A stretch of 64,000 bases of DNA, from the NCBI GenBank assembly GCA_963845135.1, contig CAWJQW010000009.1, positions 10,657 through 74,656 of the forward strand. The letters are read 5' to 3'. Source of the stretch: an uncultured Gammaproteobacteria bacterium. GTDB taxonomy: Bacteria > Pseudomonadota > Gammaproteobacteria > Pseudomonadales > Halieaceae. Position 1 is the stretch's first letter. Every line of letters starts with the position of its first letter. Below the pieces are notes generated by a model, which did no database searches, was not told where the DNA came from, and was given only the letters and a program-made list of their open reading frames with translations. Shown in pieces: positions 53,352 to 62,778 of the stretch. The position numbers and the translations under genes were made by a program.

Positions 53352-53636
53352 ATGAAGAAAATAACCGCAACAGAGGCTTCCAAGGCCTTTGGCCAACTGG
53401 TCGATGACGTGCAAAGCGGGTCAGTGACCATTGAGCGCAACGGGCGCCCCGCAGCAGTAATGTATTCCTATGAAGAATCACAGCGCATCGAGGCAATGAG
53501 AGAAGCTCACCTTGATGCCCTCATACAAGAAGGCATCACTGCTGCTGACGAAGGGCGTATTCGCCCTCTTTCCCAGAAAGTGAGAGATGACATATTGGCC
53601 AGTGCCCGCAAACGGTATGAAGAACGAAGCCAGTAA
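53352..53636 (+). CDS. Type II antitoxin, Phd/YefM family
   Basis: MKKITATEASKAFGQLVD...VTIERNGRPAAV. Confidence 0.88.
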   Translation: MKKITATEASKAFGQLVDDVQSGSVTIERNGRPAAVMYSYEESQRIEAMREAHLDALIQEGITAADEGRIRPLSQKVRDDILASARKRYEERSQ

Positions 53637-53932
53637 TGCTGACACTTGAGATCACCGACCAGGCAGTGGCCGATATCGAGGGAATCTATTTATATATCGC
53701 TGTTGAAAGCTATCAAAGCTATGCCGAGAGTTTCGCAAGCCAGGCCTTCAAGACGTTCGATCTTCTCTGCCATAACCCTCAGATGGGTACAAAAAGGACC
53801 CGATCAGGGGAAGGCGTCAGGTTTTACCCCATGGACAAGGTCAATATTTTCTATCGTGTTGTAAACAAGCGACTTCAAATACTCAGGGTTCATCATAGTG
53901 CCTTGGACAGTAACAGGCCTCGGTTACGATAG
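53636..53932 (+). CDS. Type II toxin, ParE family
   Basis: AVADIEGIYLY, NPQMG, IFYRV...LQILRVHH; TAATG coupling. Confidence 0.88.
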   Translation: MLTLEITDQAVADIEGIYLYIAVESYQSYAESFASQAFKTFDLLCHNPQMGTKRTRSGEGVRFYPMDKVNIFYRVVNKRLQILRVHHSALDSNRPRLR

Positions 53933-53996
53933 TTCATTTGTTCTAAGCATCAAAGATGCTGCTGCCAACCCCCTGGATACTGATGATCTGGCCAAC

Positions 53997-54058
53997 TGTT
54001 GAATTGCACTGAATATTGATCCTTTTTTGCAGAATACTTGCGCCGAATTCTGACCCAG
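53997..54058 (+). mobile_element. Possible IS21-family terminal remnant
   Basis: Starts TGT; two related motifs TTGCACTGAATATTGATCC and TTGCGCCGAATTCTGACCC, like the iterated IS21 end sites. Confidence 0.4.
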
Positions 54059-54352
54059 CTAAATCGTAGAATCTGCTTATATCACGGCTGGTTGGCAGGC
54101 AGAGGGTGGTACCTTTCTCCATGCAAGTGGAGGGTTAAATTTGACTGCAAAACGACATCCAGGGGTAAGATATCGCAGCTGCGTGCCTCTGGCCGACGCT
54201 CTGCGCTCGATGCGGTTTCAACACCGCCAATTTATCCGGTCGCCAGAATTGCACGCGAGGAAGTGCGTTGGCTGCACTGCGAACCCCCTCCGAATTTCGG
54301 TCCGCCGGGTGTAAAGCCAATACTGCCAGCTGACTGGAGGCAGGCAAGAAAA

Positions 54353-55261
54353 ATGGATGATTTTGCGAGTACTGCTTTATATAACCTGATTGCATCGCGT
54401 CTCCAGACGCTGGGAATGGATATCAGGCCTACCCGTCGCTTCGACGGGAAAATTGATCGGTCCGAGAAGGCTGACCTGCTCGGCGATGCTCTCGCGTCAC
54501 TGGGTGCATCGGCAATCGTTGGGATAGGTCAGGAGATCCACTCCATGGGCTCAAACCCTACCTTGGAAGTGTTGACCCGGTCGATTTCGCCCGGAGATTT
54601 ACTGGAGAGATGGCTGCGTCTGGAGCGTTACTATCACGGGAAGCACCGTATAAGAATTCTCGAGATGGGCCAGAGTGCAATACTCCTCGAGCACTACTCT
54701 ACGGGGGGTGGGCAACCTTCCGCGGGCGAAGATCTCGTCATTGCAGGGCTGCTCGCGGCACTTTTACAGCAGATCGGGTGCAGGGGACTCTCATTGGATA
54801 TCGGTGAACCCGCGGTGCGGTTCATCAGGAATGATGTTTTTACGACTTGTCGACAAACACCTTCCAATACCTCGAACTGCTCTATCCGATGGCGGTCATT
54901 CGCACTCCGAAACCTCGGGGCCAGCCTGCACTCCGGCTCCGGTACCGTAGCGGACCGACTGTCGGAGATCATCGGCGACGACCTGGGTCGAAACTGGCGG
55001 CTCGATACTGCTGCCCGGTATCTCGAAACCTCCGCCAGGAGCTTGCAGAGATCACTTGCCAGAGAAGGCACCTCCTTCCAGAAAGTTCTCCGAACCGTTC
55101 GGGTAGAGCATTCAGCTGCGCTTATTTCCTCCTATGGATTCAAGCTGGCCGAAGCGGGCTATGCCTGCGGTTTCTCGGATCAGGCGCACTTTAGTCGCGA
55201 GTTCAAACAGCGTTTCAACATGTCGCCCTCAAAGTTTGCCGAGATGGTTGCGCCCCGTTAG
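54353..55261 (+). CDS. AraC family transcriptional regulator
   Basis: SARSLQRSL...GFSDQAHFSREFK...SPS; GGAGG upstream of the ATG at 54353. Confidence 0.88.
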   Translation: MDDFASTALYNLIASRLQTLGMDIRPTRRFDGKIDRSEKADLLGDALASLGASAIVGIGQEIHSMGSNPTLEVLTRSISPGDLLERWLRLERYYHGKHRIRILEMGQSAILLEHYSTGGGQPSAGEDLVIAGLLAALLQQIGCRGLSLDIGEPAVRFIRNDVFTTCRQTPSNTSNCSIRWRSFALRNLGASLHSGSGTVADRLSEIIGDDLGRNWRLDTAARYLETSARSLQRSLAREGTSFQKVLRTVRVEHSAALISSYGFKLAEAGYACGFSDQAHFSREFKQRFNMSPSKFAEMVAPR

Positions 55262-55367
55262 GACTTTGCGCGCGGAGCCGGCCGCGATTGGCGCGATTAT
55301 TCAAGACCAGGCGTCGATCATCAGGCATGATTATCGCCGAAAGTGACTTCTACCGAGGCAGTGGCTT

Positions 55368-56027
55368 ATGCAACCAGCGATCCGGAAAAACATATCGACA
55401 GCACGAGGTATCGCCGTGAACACCAGGCTGGCGGGCCGTCGGGACTTCCTGCAGCGCATGGCGGCGTTGGGCATACTTGGCAGTTTGCCATCTTCACTAC
55501 TGGCGCAGGTCGTCACCCGTGAACCGACTCCGAGCCGGTTCGGAAGCCGTTCAACCGCGGAGGAGGTTACCGAGGGCTTAGACCTCGCCGGGCTTATCGG
55601 TATCGGCACGATAACCGGCCGGATCGTGGGCGGGTTTTTGCTGGACCATATTGACGGCCGCTTTGTGGCCGTAGGCTGTGGGGTTGCGGCGACGTTGATG
55701 GCGGCGGTACTGCTAGCGACAGATCAATCCGTCGGCGCAGCCATGGCGGGCTGTTTCTTTCTCGGCCTTGCTGCCGGGGCCGAATATGATGCCTGTGCCT
55801 ACCTCACCACTCGCCACTTCCCGCGCCGAAACTTCGGCGCACTGTTCGGACTTATCGGCGCTTTGTCCGGGGTCGGCGCAGGCATATCTCCGTTACTCGC
55901 AAACGCGATTTATGATGTCACGCTGACCTACCAGACCGTTTTGTGGGGCATCTTCCCGCTGTTCATAGTAGCGAGCATATTGTTTTTGATGATGGGCCCC
56001 TATCCGGACGAGGCTGACCTCGTCTGA
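55368..56027 (+). pseudogene. In-frame chimera: Tat-signal SDR N-terminus fused to an MFS C-terminal half
   Basis: RRDFL Tat motif plus FGSRSTAEEVTEGLDLAG (compare FSRRSTAECVTEGIDLSG of the SDR at 60416-61321), then GRIVGGFLLDHI...RHFPRRNFG MFS helices. Confidence 0.7.
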
Positions 56028-56162
56028 GGCTGCGGGAGGGACGGTCGGGGTATTTTCGGGACTCCGGGCAAGGGATTGATCAGAACAGCCTCGGGGCTAT
56101 TACCTGCCCTTCCCCGCTGCATTTATAGGGTTTTATCTCAAAGCTTCCCTTCCACCGACTCG

Positions 56163-56238
56163 ATTTACCGCTAAACCGCCAACAGTCGGCTCTGCAGCAA
56201 GGTCTCCATGTCTCTGTGGCTATCTGCAATCATTAAGA
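56163..56238. repeat. 76-bp direct repeat, copy 2 (orphan toxin 3' fragment)
   Basis: 73 of 76 positions identical to 52185-52260. Confidence 0.9.
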
Positions 56239-56390
56239 TGATGCAGACATACAGAGATCGGGCATGCAGGTCGAATCCACAATAATGGAGATGAGTGGTA
56301 TTGTAGAAATTCATGGGTCTTCTCCTTTGTTGGTTTGGTTGCCTTCCCGCTTACCGCGACTGCGGTGGCTGGGGGAGAAGGCTCAATAAG

Positions 56391-56436
56391 TATCAAGGCA
56401 TTGCAGCGGACAAGCCGAGGAATCCGGCGTTAGCTG
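56391..56436 (+). mobile_element. Degenerate, internally deleted attC site
   Basis: TATCAAGGCATTGCAGCGGAC (attC left arm with AAC>ATC) followed by GGC-GTTAGCTG core site. Confidence 0.5.
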
Positions 56437-56456
56437 TTCTTACAGGGAGTAAAACT

Positions 56457-56891
56457 ATGTGGAAAAATAAAGTAGCGATTGTCGTACTGCTATCCATTTA
56501 TTTGCCATTTTCAGCATTGGCGCAATCACCCGATGAAAAGAAAATCCGAGAATCAGTGGATCTTCTTGTCAGCAGCTTGAATTCAGGAGATGCTGCAGCC
56601 ATTGCCGATTTGTATGAAATTGATGCAGACCGAAGAAATGGATCCGGTGAGTGGGCAGACGGACGAGCGCAAATTGAGAAAATGTACCAGCAAACTACAC
56701 AAAACATACTTAAAGACATGTCGGTAAAATTCGACTACAAAGTTAGGTTTCTGGTTCCAGAGGTTGCTCTTGTCGATGGTACGTGGACGCTGGGTGAGAA
56801 CATGAAGGGCCCGTTTACCGTGGTAATGGTAAGAAGGTCAGGGACTTGGTTAGTCGCTGCTGGCAGACAAGGGGCAGCCTTCGTTCACTAA
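56457..56891 (+). CDS. Exported NTF2-like (SgcJ/DUF4440) protein carried on an integron cassette
   Basis: GGGAG RBS, signal peptide, GDAAAIADLY...GRAQIE...VRFLVPEVALVDG...GTWLV. Confidence 0.8.
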   Translation: MWKNKVAIVVLLSIYLPFSALAQSPDEKKIRESVDLLVSSLNSGDAAAIADLYEIDADRRNGSGEWADGRAQIEKMYQQTTQNILKDMSVKFDYKVRFLVPEVALVDGTWTLGENMKGPFTVVMVRRSGTWLVAAGRQGAAFVH

Positions 56892-56975
56892 GCATTGGCC
56901 TGGGGCCTGGCTATTGGATTTTTATTCTAAAGGTAATGGATTGTTGGATGTCTTAACAGCAAATACCGTTAATGC

Positions 56976-57062
56976 AGCTAACAAGTCAATGCAGTTTGTT
57001 ACGGACAAAAAAACGGCCTCCACTGGACGCGCTAACGCGCGCCACTGATTGAGGCGTTAAGT
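56976..57062 (+). mobile_element. Integron attC site
   Basis: AGCTAAC inverse core, TCAAT(G)CAGT / ACTGATTGA inverted arms with an extra base, GTTAAGT core; 87 bp. Confidence 0.75.
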
Positions 57063-57321
57063 GATAGCCATCTATCAAAATAAATGAGACGAAATAGAAG
57101 AATAAGTTAATTTCATTCTTGATTTTTTATAAAAATATTTCGGCAAAATGTTTTCCCTGGGACTAAGGTTTTTGAAATTTATTGTGGCTACGAAAGAATA
57201 ATAAAAATCTCTTAAATTCAGGTTGTTGCAATATTGTGGGGTTGGTCGGCTCGGCGAAGATGATTGAGCACAGTAGATAAGAGCTCCCTAGCATTTTTTG
57301 GTATAACTGAATTTTTCACAG

Positions 57322-57891
57322 ATCTCCACCGGCAAGGTGTTTTACACTTTGAAGACGCCTTACCGGGAAAGCTTGCACCATGAGCGCAGCGAGTGCTTTG
57401 GTTATGGGACGACACAGGTGGCATTCGAGCGGGGCGGCCATCCGCCGGTGGATTTCATGGCGTGATTGGCAGCGCTGGTATGAGCGCGGTCCGTCAACAA
57501 CACCCGCTATCATGGCGTACTCGCCCCAAATCATCGCTGGCGCTTGCTGGTTACGCCGGCAAAGCGAGGCAAAGGTGCGAAGCGCCTCCCAGGGCACCCC
57601 CGGAGACATACCCGATAAACCGGGGCAGGCTCTTGCATCTTTTCGCTGGAAAGGATTCCAGCTCAACAACAATCAATCAGCAGGGAGGCCAATGAGAAAC
57701 AACCTTGCTTGCCCTCCTGCGTGCTGCAGTCCAGGGATGGACGAACATGAACTGCAAGCTAACCGATGCGGGCACTATTTCAGCAGTCCGGCGTCCCGGA
57801 GAATAGGCAAATTTTTCGCGAGGATTTAAGACTCAGCAACTAAGCTAGCGCAGAAAATTTACTCACAACACCTCTTTTATCCCCACTATAC
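57322..57891 (+). mobile_element. IS91/ISCR-family transposase C-terminal relic with a possible oriIS end
   Basis: One frame reads GKVFYTLKTPYR..GTTQVAFE..PVDFMA*LAALV*..TRYHGVLAPNHRWR..VTPAKRGKG; TTTTATCCCCACTATAC at 57875-57891 resembles ISCR oriIS. Confidence 0.72.
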
Positions 57892-58057
57892 TTAATGCCC
57901 AAAGTAAAGCAGGCCATTCAGGTGGGTAAATAGCCTGAATGTTAGCTGTTAGAGCCCCCGCCCTGCCCTCTAGATCTGTCAAAGAAAGCGGGAACTTCGC
58001 CATGCTGCCTTTTTCATCTCAAAGCGCCATTCTGCGCAATCTTTGGAGACTAATCTT

Positions 58058-60334
58058 TCAAAACTCGTATGCAAGCTCAAGGCCATAGGTGCGGGGGTCG
58101 CCAAACCACACGACATCCGGTGCATTAAAGCCATCGATTTCGGAGAAGTTTATCCTGTCTAAATGATACTCATCATCCAGCAGGTTTTTGCCCCAGAGTG
58201 CCAGTGTAATACCTCCAGAATCACCCACAGCCCATCGCGTCGCTAGTCGCGCAGCCAACAGACTGGCGCTGTTTCTCTCTGTGCCTGGTGTTACATCGTA
58301 TGCATCCGTATAGGAATAATTGACGTTTGCCGTCAACTCGCCCCAGCTCATCTGATGAACGTAATTCAAGTTTGCGAACACTGAATTTTCCGGCGCACCG
58401 GCGCTGCCACCTTCGTTCACTACAGTAACCTCATCTGGCGTTCCCGCACGAAACACTGCATCGTAGCCATCCTGCTCAGCATCGAGGTAGGCATAACCCA
58501 GAGAGCCGGTGAGCTCGTTTGTCAGTTGTGCTGTGACCTCAAATTCAAACCCTTTACTTTCGCCATCTGTGTTGAAGACGTTCTGACGCAGAGGGTCTGC
58601 GGGGTCCTGCTCGGTCACCTGTATGTCACTCTGATCATAATAGAATACCGCCATGTTCAGCCGCACGCGGCCTTCCAAAAGCTCTCCCTTGTATCCCAGT
58701 TCTATCGCCTGCATGTCCTCTTTATCGAAAGTGAAGCCATCCAGGGTGGTAGCGCCAGTGTTGTATCCACCAGACCGGAATGCAGTGGTATAACTGGCGT
58801 AAACATTGGCCGCATCACTCAAGTCGTATTGCAGGATCAACTGCGGGTCAAAGCTGTCCCAGGTGTTGGATTCCCTCGTGTCCGAAAAAGGTAACCCGGT
58901 TATGACGTCATAGGTGAACACGATTGCGGAAAGGTCAGGCAGTGGGCCCTGACTCACAAAAGTCTGTACATCGCCTTCTCGTTCATCCTGCGAGTATCGA
59001 CCGCCAGCGATGACGTGCAGGCGATCCTCAAAAGCCCTGGGGCTCCAATTCAAAGTGCCGAAAACAGCGTACGCTTCGGTTTCGATACGGCCATAGGACT
59101 TGATTGCGTTGTCATTAAAGAAATCCACCACGTCTTTGGTTACGGTGTACTCTTGACCGGCGCCGGTATCCTCATTGAAATAGAACACCCCTGCTGTGTA
59201 GTCCAGGCCCTCTGAGATCGTGCCCTTAAAATTTAATTCCATGCTGTATTGTTCATGGCCATCCAGCACAGGATCCAAACCCGTATTTGATACGATACGG
59301 TCAGTCCAGGGCAGTAGTGAGCCATCGGTCTCAGGCCAAAAGCCTCGGGAGTCCGTAGCGTCGGCCTCTCGGTAGGAGCCCAGAAACTTAGCGGAGTGAT
59401 TAGTGGCAAAGTCCCACTCTGCAAATAAGCTGTGTGCTTTCAGGTCTAACTGAGACTCCTCTAGAGCGTAAGCTGACGTGACTTTATCCACGCGACTATT
59501 GGTCACGGGTGGATTGATTAGCGCACCCAGACCGCCCAGCTCGCCTTTCCCAAAAACGGATTGTGAAAACTGTGGCTCCAGGTCTGACTCATTTTCTTCA
59601 TAGGCATAGTCCAGTACCAATGTGTCTGTAGGCGCCCAGCGCAGATCCAGGCGCCACGCTTGTCGTTCGTAGCCGAAAAAATCAGGCCCGGGCCCGTTGT
59701 TTTCTACCCAGCCATCCCGTGATCTGGTCATACCGGATAACTTGGCAGCAAATGCTTCAGACAGTGGCAGGTTGATGTGCCCCCTTGCCTCCTCAAGGCC
59801 ATAGTTGCCGGCACCAATTTGAATCTTGCCAGTCATCGCTTCTGTAGAAGCTCTGGAACTGACCAGGTTGATGGCTCCGCCCACTGCATTTCTACCGTAG
59901 AGCGTACCCTGCGGCCCCTTCACGACTTCAATTCGCTCCAGTTCCAGCGCATCAAATGCCAGCCCCGGTGTCTTACCCAGATAAATGCCATCGGTGTAGA
60001 GTGCCACCCGTGGGTCAATACCAATCGCCACTTCAGCTGTGCCAATACCCCTGATCCATATTCTGGTTCCACTGGCGATACCTGCGGCAGGCGCGGTGAC
60101 CAGTCCCGGCGTGTAAGGCCCCAGGTCCGACAGGCTGTCGAGCCGATGATTACTCAAACTTTCCTTTTTGAATGCGTTGATGCTGATAGGCACATCCTGC
60201 AAGTTTTCCGCTCTCTTCTGCGCTGTTACGATTACTTCTTCAAGCGTAGTTTGCGCCTGTGCAGTCACGCTTGTGATGCCTGCCACCATGGGCAGGGCTA
60301 AGGCACCAGTTATGAATTTTCTCTGCATTTTCAT
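58058..60334 (-). CDS. TonB-dependent receptor
   Basis: LEEVIVTAQKR, RIEVVKGPQGTLYGRNAVGGAIN, PRTYGLELAYEF. Confidence 0.95.
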   Translation of the reverse strand: MKMQRKFITGALALPMVAGITSVTAQAQTTLEEVIVTAQKRAENLQDVPISINAFKKESLSNHRLDSLSDLGPYTPGLVTAPAAGIASGTRIWIRGIGTAEVAIGIDPRVALYTDGIYLGKTPGLAFDALELERIEVVKGPQGTLYGRNAVGGAINLVSSRASTEAMTGKIQIGAGNYGLEEARGHINLPLSEAFAAKLSGMTRSRDGWVENNGPGPDFFGYERQAWRLDLRWAPTDTLVLDYAYEENESDLEPQFSQSVFGKGELGGLGALINPPVTNSRVDKVTSAYALEESQLDLKAHSLFAEWDFATNHSAKFLGSYREADATDSRGFWPETDGSLLPWTDRIVSNTGLDPVLDGHEQYSMELNFKGTISEGLDYTAGVFYFNEDTGAGQEYTVTKDVVDFFNDNAIKSYGRIETEAYAVFGTLNWSPRAFEDRLHVIAGGRYSQDEREGDVQTFVSQGPLPDLSAIVFTYDVITGLPFSDTRESNTWDSFDPQLILQYDLSDAANVYASYTTAFRSGGYNTGATTLDGFTFDKEDMQAIELGYKGELLEGRVRLNMAVFYYDQSDIQVTEQDPADPLRQNVFNTDGESKGFEFEVTAQLTNELTGSLGYAYLDAEQDGYDAVFRAGTPDEVTVVNEGGSAGAPENSVFANLNYVHQMSWGELTANVNYSYTDAYDVTPGTERNSASLLAARLATRWAVGDSGGITLALWGKNLLDDEYHLDRINFSEIDGFNAPDVVWFGDPRTYGLELAYEF

Positions 60335-60415
60335 CTCTGAACTCCTGTCGCTACATTTGTCATTATTTTATTGAGAGCACTACCTTGAATTAGAAGTTAC
60401 TGGTCTGTTGCGGTC

Positions 60416-61321
60416 TCACAATCGCTCTGCCACCAGGCGTTCGGATACCTGCCAGAGCTGGCTGGCCAACGCTTGCGACTGAGCATGCGCAGAAGACGGC
60501 GCCACCTTGCAATCAGCGAAGTACTGGCCGGTGGTTGTATTGAGTTGGGGCTGAGTCGCCACATAGCACTGCGTGGCGGCACCCTGCTCAACATTGCGTT
60601 CAAATGGTTTGGCAAAAACTGATATAAGGTTCGCGAACATCCCCTTGGTACTGCGCGCGAGGTCGGTTCTGATCACGCCCGGATGCACCGCATTACTGGT
60701 TGCACGGGTGCCTTGAAGGCGTCGCGCCAACTCGTTCGAGGTCAGAAGATTGGCCAACTTCGATTGCCCATAGAACTTCCAGGCGTTGTATCCCGTGTCA
60801 CCAGACAGGTTGTCGAAATCGATGCCAGCGGGTACCGAGTAGGTATGCCCGGCACTGGAGAGCATTATTACGCGGCCTTGATCTGCTGCTATGACCTGTT
60901 CCAGCAAGCGATTGACCAGAAGAAAGTGACCGAGATGGTTGGTCATGAACTGCAATTCGATACCGTCTTGCTGGATCAGCTCAGGCAGGGCCATAATACC
61001 TGCGTTACACATCAGAATATCCAGCGTAACCTTTGTTTCCAGCAACGAATCCGCACAGGTTGCCACACTGTGTAAATCGGCCAGATCGCAGGCAACAGGC
61101 GTGGTTTTCCCCTCCACAAGCGAGCAGGCTTCCCGTGCTTTTTCTAACGTGCGAGCGGCTCCAATAACATGGGCACCACGCAGCGCCAGCACTCTCATGC
61201 TTTCAAACCCAAGCCCGGAGTTAACGCCTGTAATCAGCGCAACTTTGCCGGAAAGATCAATGCCTTCGGTAACGCACTCGGCGGTGCTGCGGCGACTGAA
61301 CTGGGCGTGTGAACTGTTCAT
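60416..61321 (-). CDS. SDR oxidoreductase (retinol dehydrogenase/WWOX-like)
   Basis: TGVNSGLG, CNAGIM, NHLGHF, YGQSKLAN, VHPG; ATGA overlap with the LuxC-like gene. Confidence 0.92.
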   Translation of the reverse strand: MNSSHAQFSRRSTAECVTEGIDLSGKVALITGVNSGLGFESMRVLALRGAHVIGAARTLEKAREACSLVEGKTTPVACDLADLHSVATCADSLLETKVTLDILMCNAGIMALPELIQQDGIELQFMTNHLGHFLLVNRLLEQVIAADQGRVIMLSSAGHTYSVPAGIDFDNLSGDTGYNAWKFYGQSKLANLLTSNELARRLQGTRATSNAVHPGVIRTDLARSTKGMFANLISVFAKPFERNVEQGAATQCYVATQPQLNTTTGQYFADCKVAPSSAHAQSQALASQLWQVSERLVAERL

Positions 61322-62778
61322 TGCGAACCCGCATCGCCCCATAGTGGATAGACTTTACGGGGGTCACAGGTCTCCTCAACAATCCATTTGCACATGCGCC
61401 GCAGCGGTTCTATCGCATCCTGTGGCATAGCTACCGATGGCGAACAGGCATAGCCCAGCGAGGTCATTCGCTGGGCGCCAAACAGGGGTAATCGATCGCG
61501 CAGCTGCTCCTTGAGGCTCTCCGGATAAATACCCACGGTTTGCGTTAAAGCCGTCACCGCTGCTGTGACTTTTTCAATACTGTCGACGGGCACCAGGTTG
61601 GCAACACGACCAGACAGCATGGCAGAGTAATCGACCGGTTCATCAAACTGGGAGACAATCACTGCGCCTTCCAGATGCTCACCGCCAATAATGCGGTAGA
61701 ACGTATCGTCCATACGCGTGGCATCTAAATGTTCAGCCAGGTCGCGGTTAAAGCTCTTGGCCTTGGAGGTAATATTCTCCGGCAGCTGCATTAGTTTCTG
61801 ATACACCAGCTCGCCCAGACGGTTGATATTCGCCAGTCCTTCTGCATCGGTCCCGCACAGTACATAAATCACTCTGGCGCTGGCGCAGGCCTCCTGATTG
61901 GCCACGCCGATATCGCAGGCTGCGCGCGCCGCTACGTCGTGCAGGTTTTCTTCGCTTGCAAACGCTTCGGGGCCAATAATCGTGGCACTGCGTTTTGGGT
62001 CCAGCGATATCAGTTCAATCCCGGGCTGTATGTATTGCGTAACGTGCTTCACCGAGGCAAATCCGCCCCAGGCCACAATTTTTTCAATGTTTTCCGGCTG
62101 ATACAGCCTCTGTTCCAGTGCTGTATCTCCCCCTTTCCAGTACCCGACCGTCAGGTGTTTGGTAATGGGGTGATCGGGCGCGATATCGTTCAGGGTGCGA
62201 ACGATAGCCATGGCCGTCAACGGGTCGTTGGATGGTGCCTTAATAATGGCATCGCTGCGGGTGATTACATTGCGGATAATCGTAATCGCCGAAACCAGGC
62301 CGCCATTCCCCGCAGGAATATGCAAAGCGCGGGCACCAAACGCCCTCACCCTTAGGTCCCTGCCATCTTTCAGGGTCTGATTGACCCAACCCTCCAGGTA
62401 ATCGATACCGATACGTAGCTCAGCAATTTCACGCATGGACTCACGATCAAACGCCAGCGGCAGCTGAACATAGCTGCTCTTGAGGATTTCCGCCGGGTAG
62501 TTGGTGGCGACCAGGCCCGCTTCATAGGCTTCTTTGATATAGGGATTGGTGTCGAAGCTCAAAGCGTGACCAAGCTCTTCTAATACATCCAGAATCTCCT
62601 CGAACGAGACGCTATAGAGATCAGCCATTGCCATGGGGTTTTTAAGTGGCAGCTCGTCAATATACTGATGGATGTCAGGTGCCCGAAATTCACTTCCGGA
62701 GCCGCGGCCACCAAACTCTACCCAATTCTCCTGAATGAGCTTTCCGCGAATAAAAAGAGGAACGTCAAAACGACTCAC
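61318..62778 (-). CDS. LuxC-like acyl-CoA/acyl-protein reductase
   Basis: HIPAGN, IIKAPSNDP, YWKGGD, VAWGG, DPKRS, NQEACASAR (catalytic Cys region). Confidence 0.85.
   Translation of the reverse strand: MSRFDVPLFIRGKLIQENWVEFGGRGSGSEFRAPDIHQYIDELPLKNPMAMADLYSVSFEEILDVLEELGHALSFDTNPYIKEAYEAGLVATNYPAEILKSSYVQLPLAFDRESMREIAELRIGIDYLEGWVNQTLKDGRDLRVRAFGARALHIPAGNGGLVSAITIIRNVITRSDAIIKAPSNDPLTAMAIVRTLNDIAPDHPITKHLTVGYWKGGDTALEQRLYQPENIEKIVAWGGFASVKHVTQYIQPGIELISLDPKRSATIIGPEAFASEENLHDVAARAACDIGVANQEACASARVIYVLCGTDAEGLANINRLGELVYQKLMQLPENITSKAKSFNRDLAEHLDATRMDDTFYRIIGGEHLEGAVIVSQFDEPVDYSAMLSGRVANLVPVDSIEKVTAAVTALTQTVGIYPESLKEQLRDRLPLFGAQRMTSLGYACSPSVAMPQDAIEPLRRMCKWIVEETCDPRKVYPLWGDAGSQ

Noticed and set aside
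54038-54352. 105-aa N-terminal extension of the AraC protein
   Set aside because: Open-frame run-up through probable IS-relic sequence; the RBS supports the start at 54353
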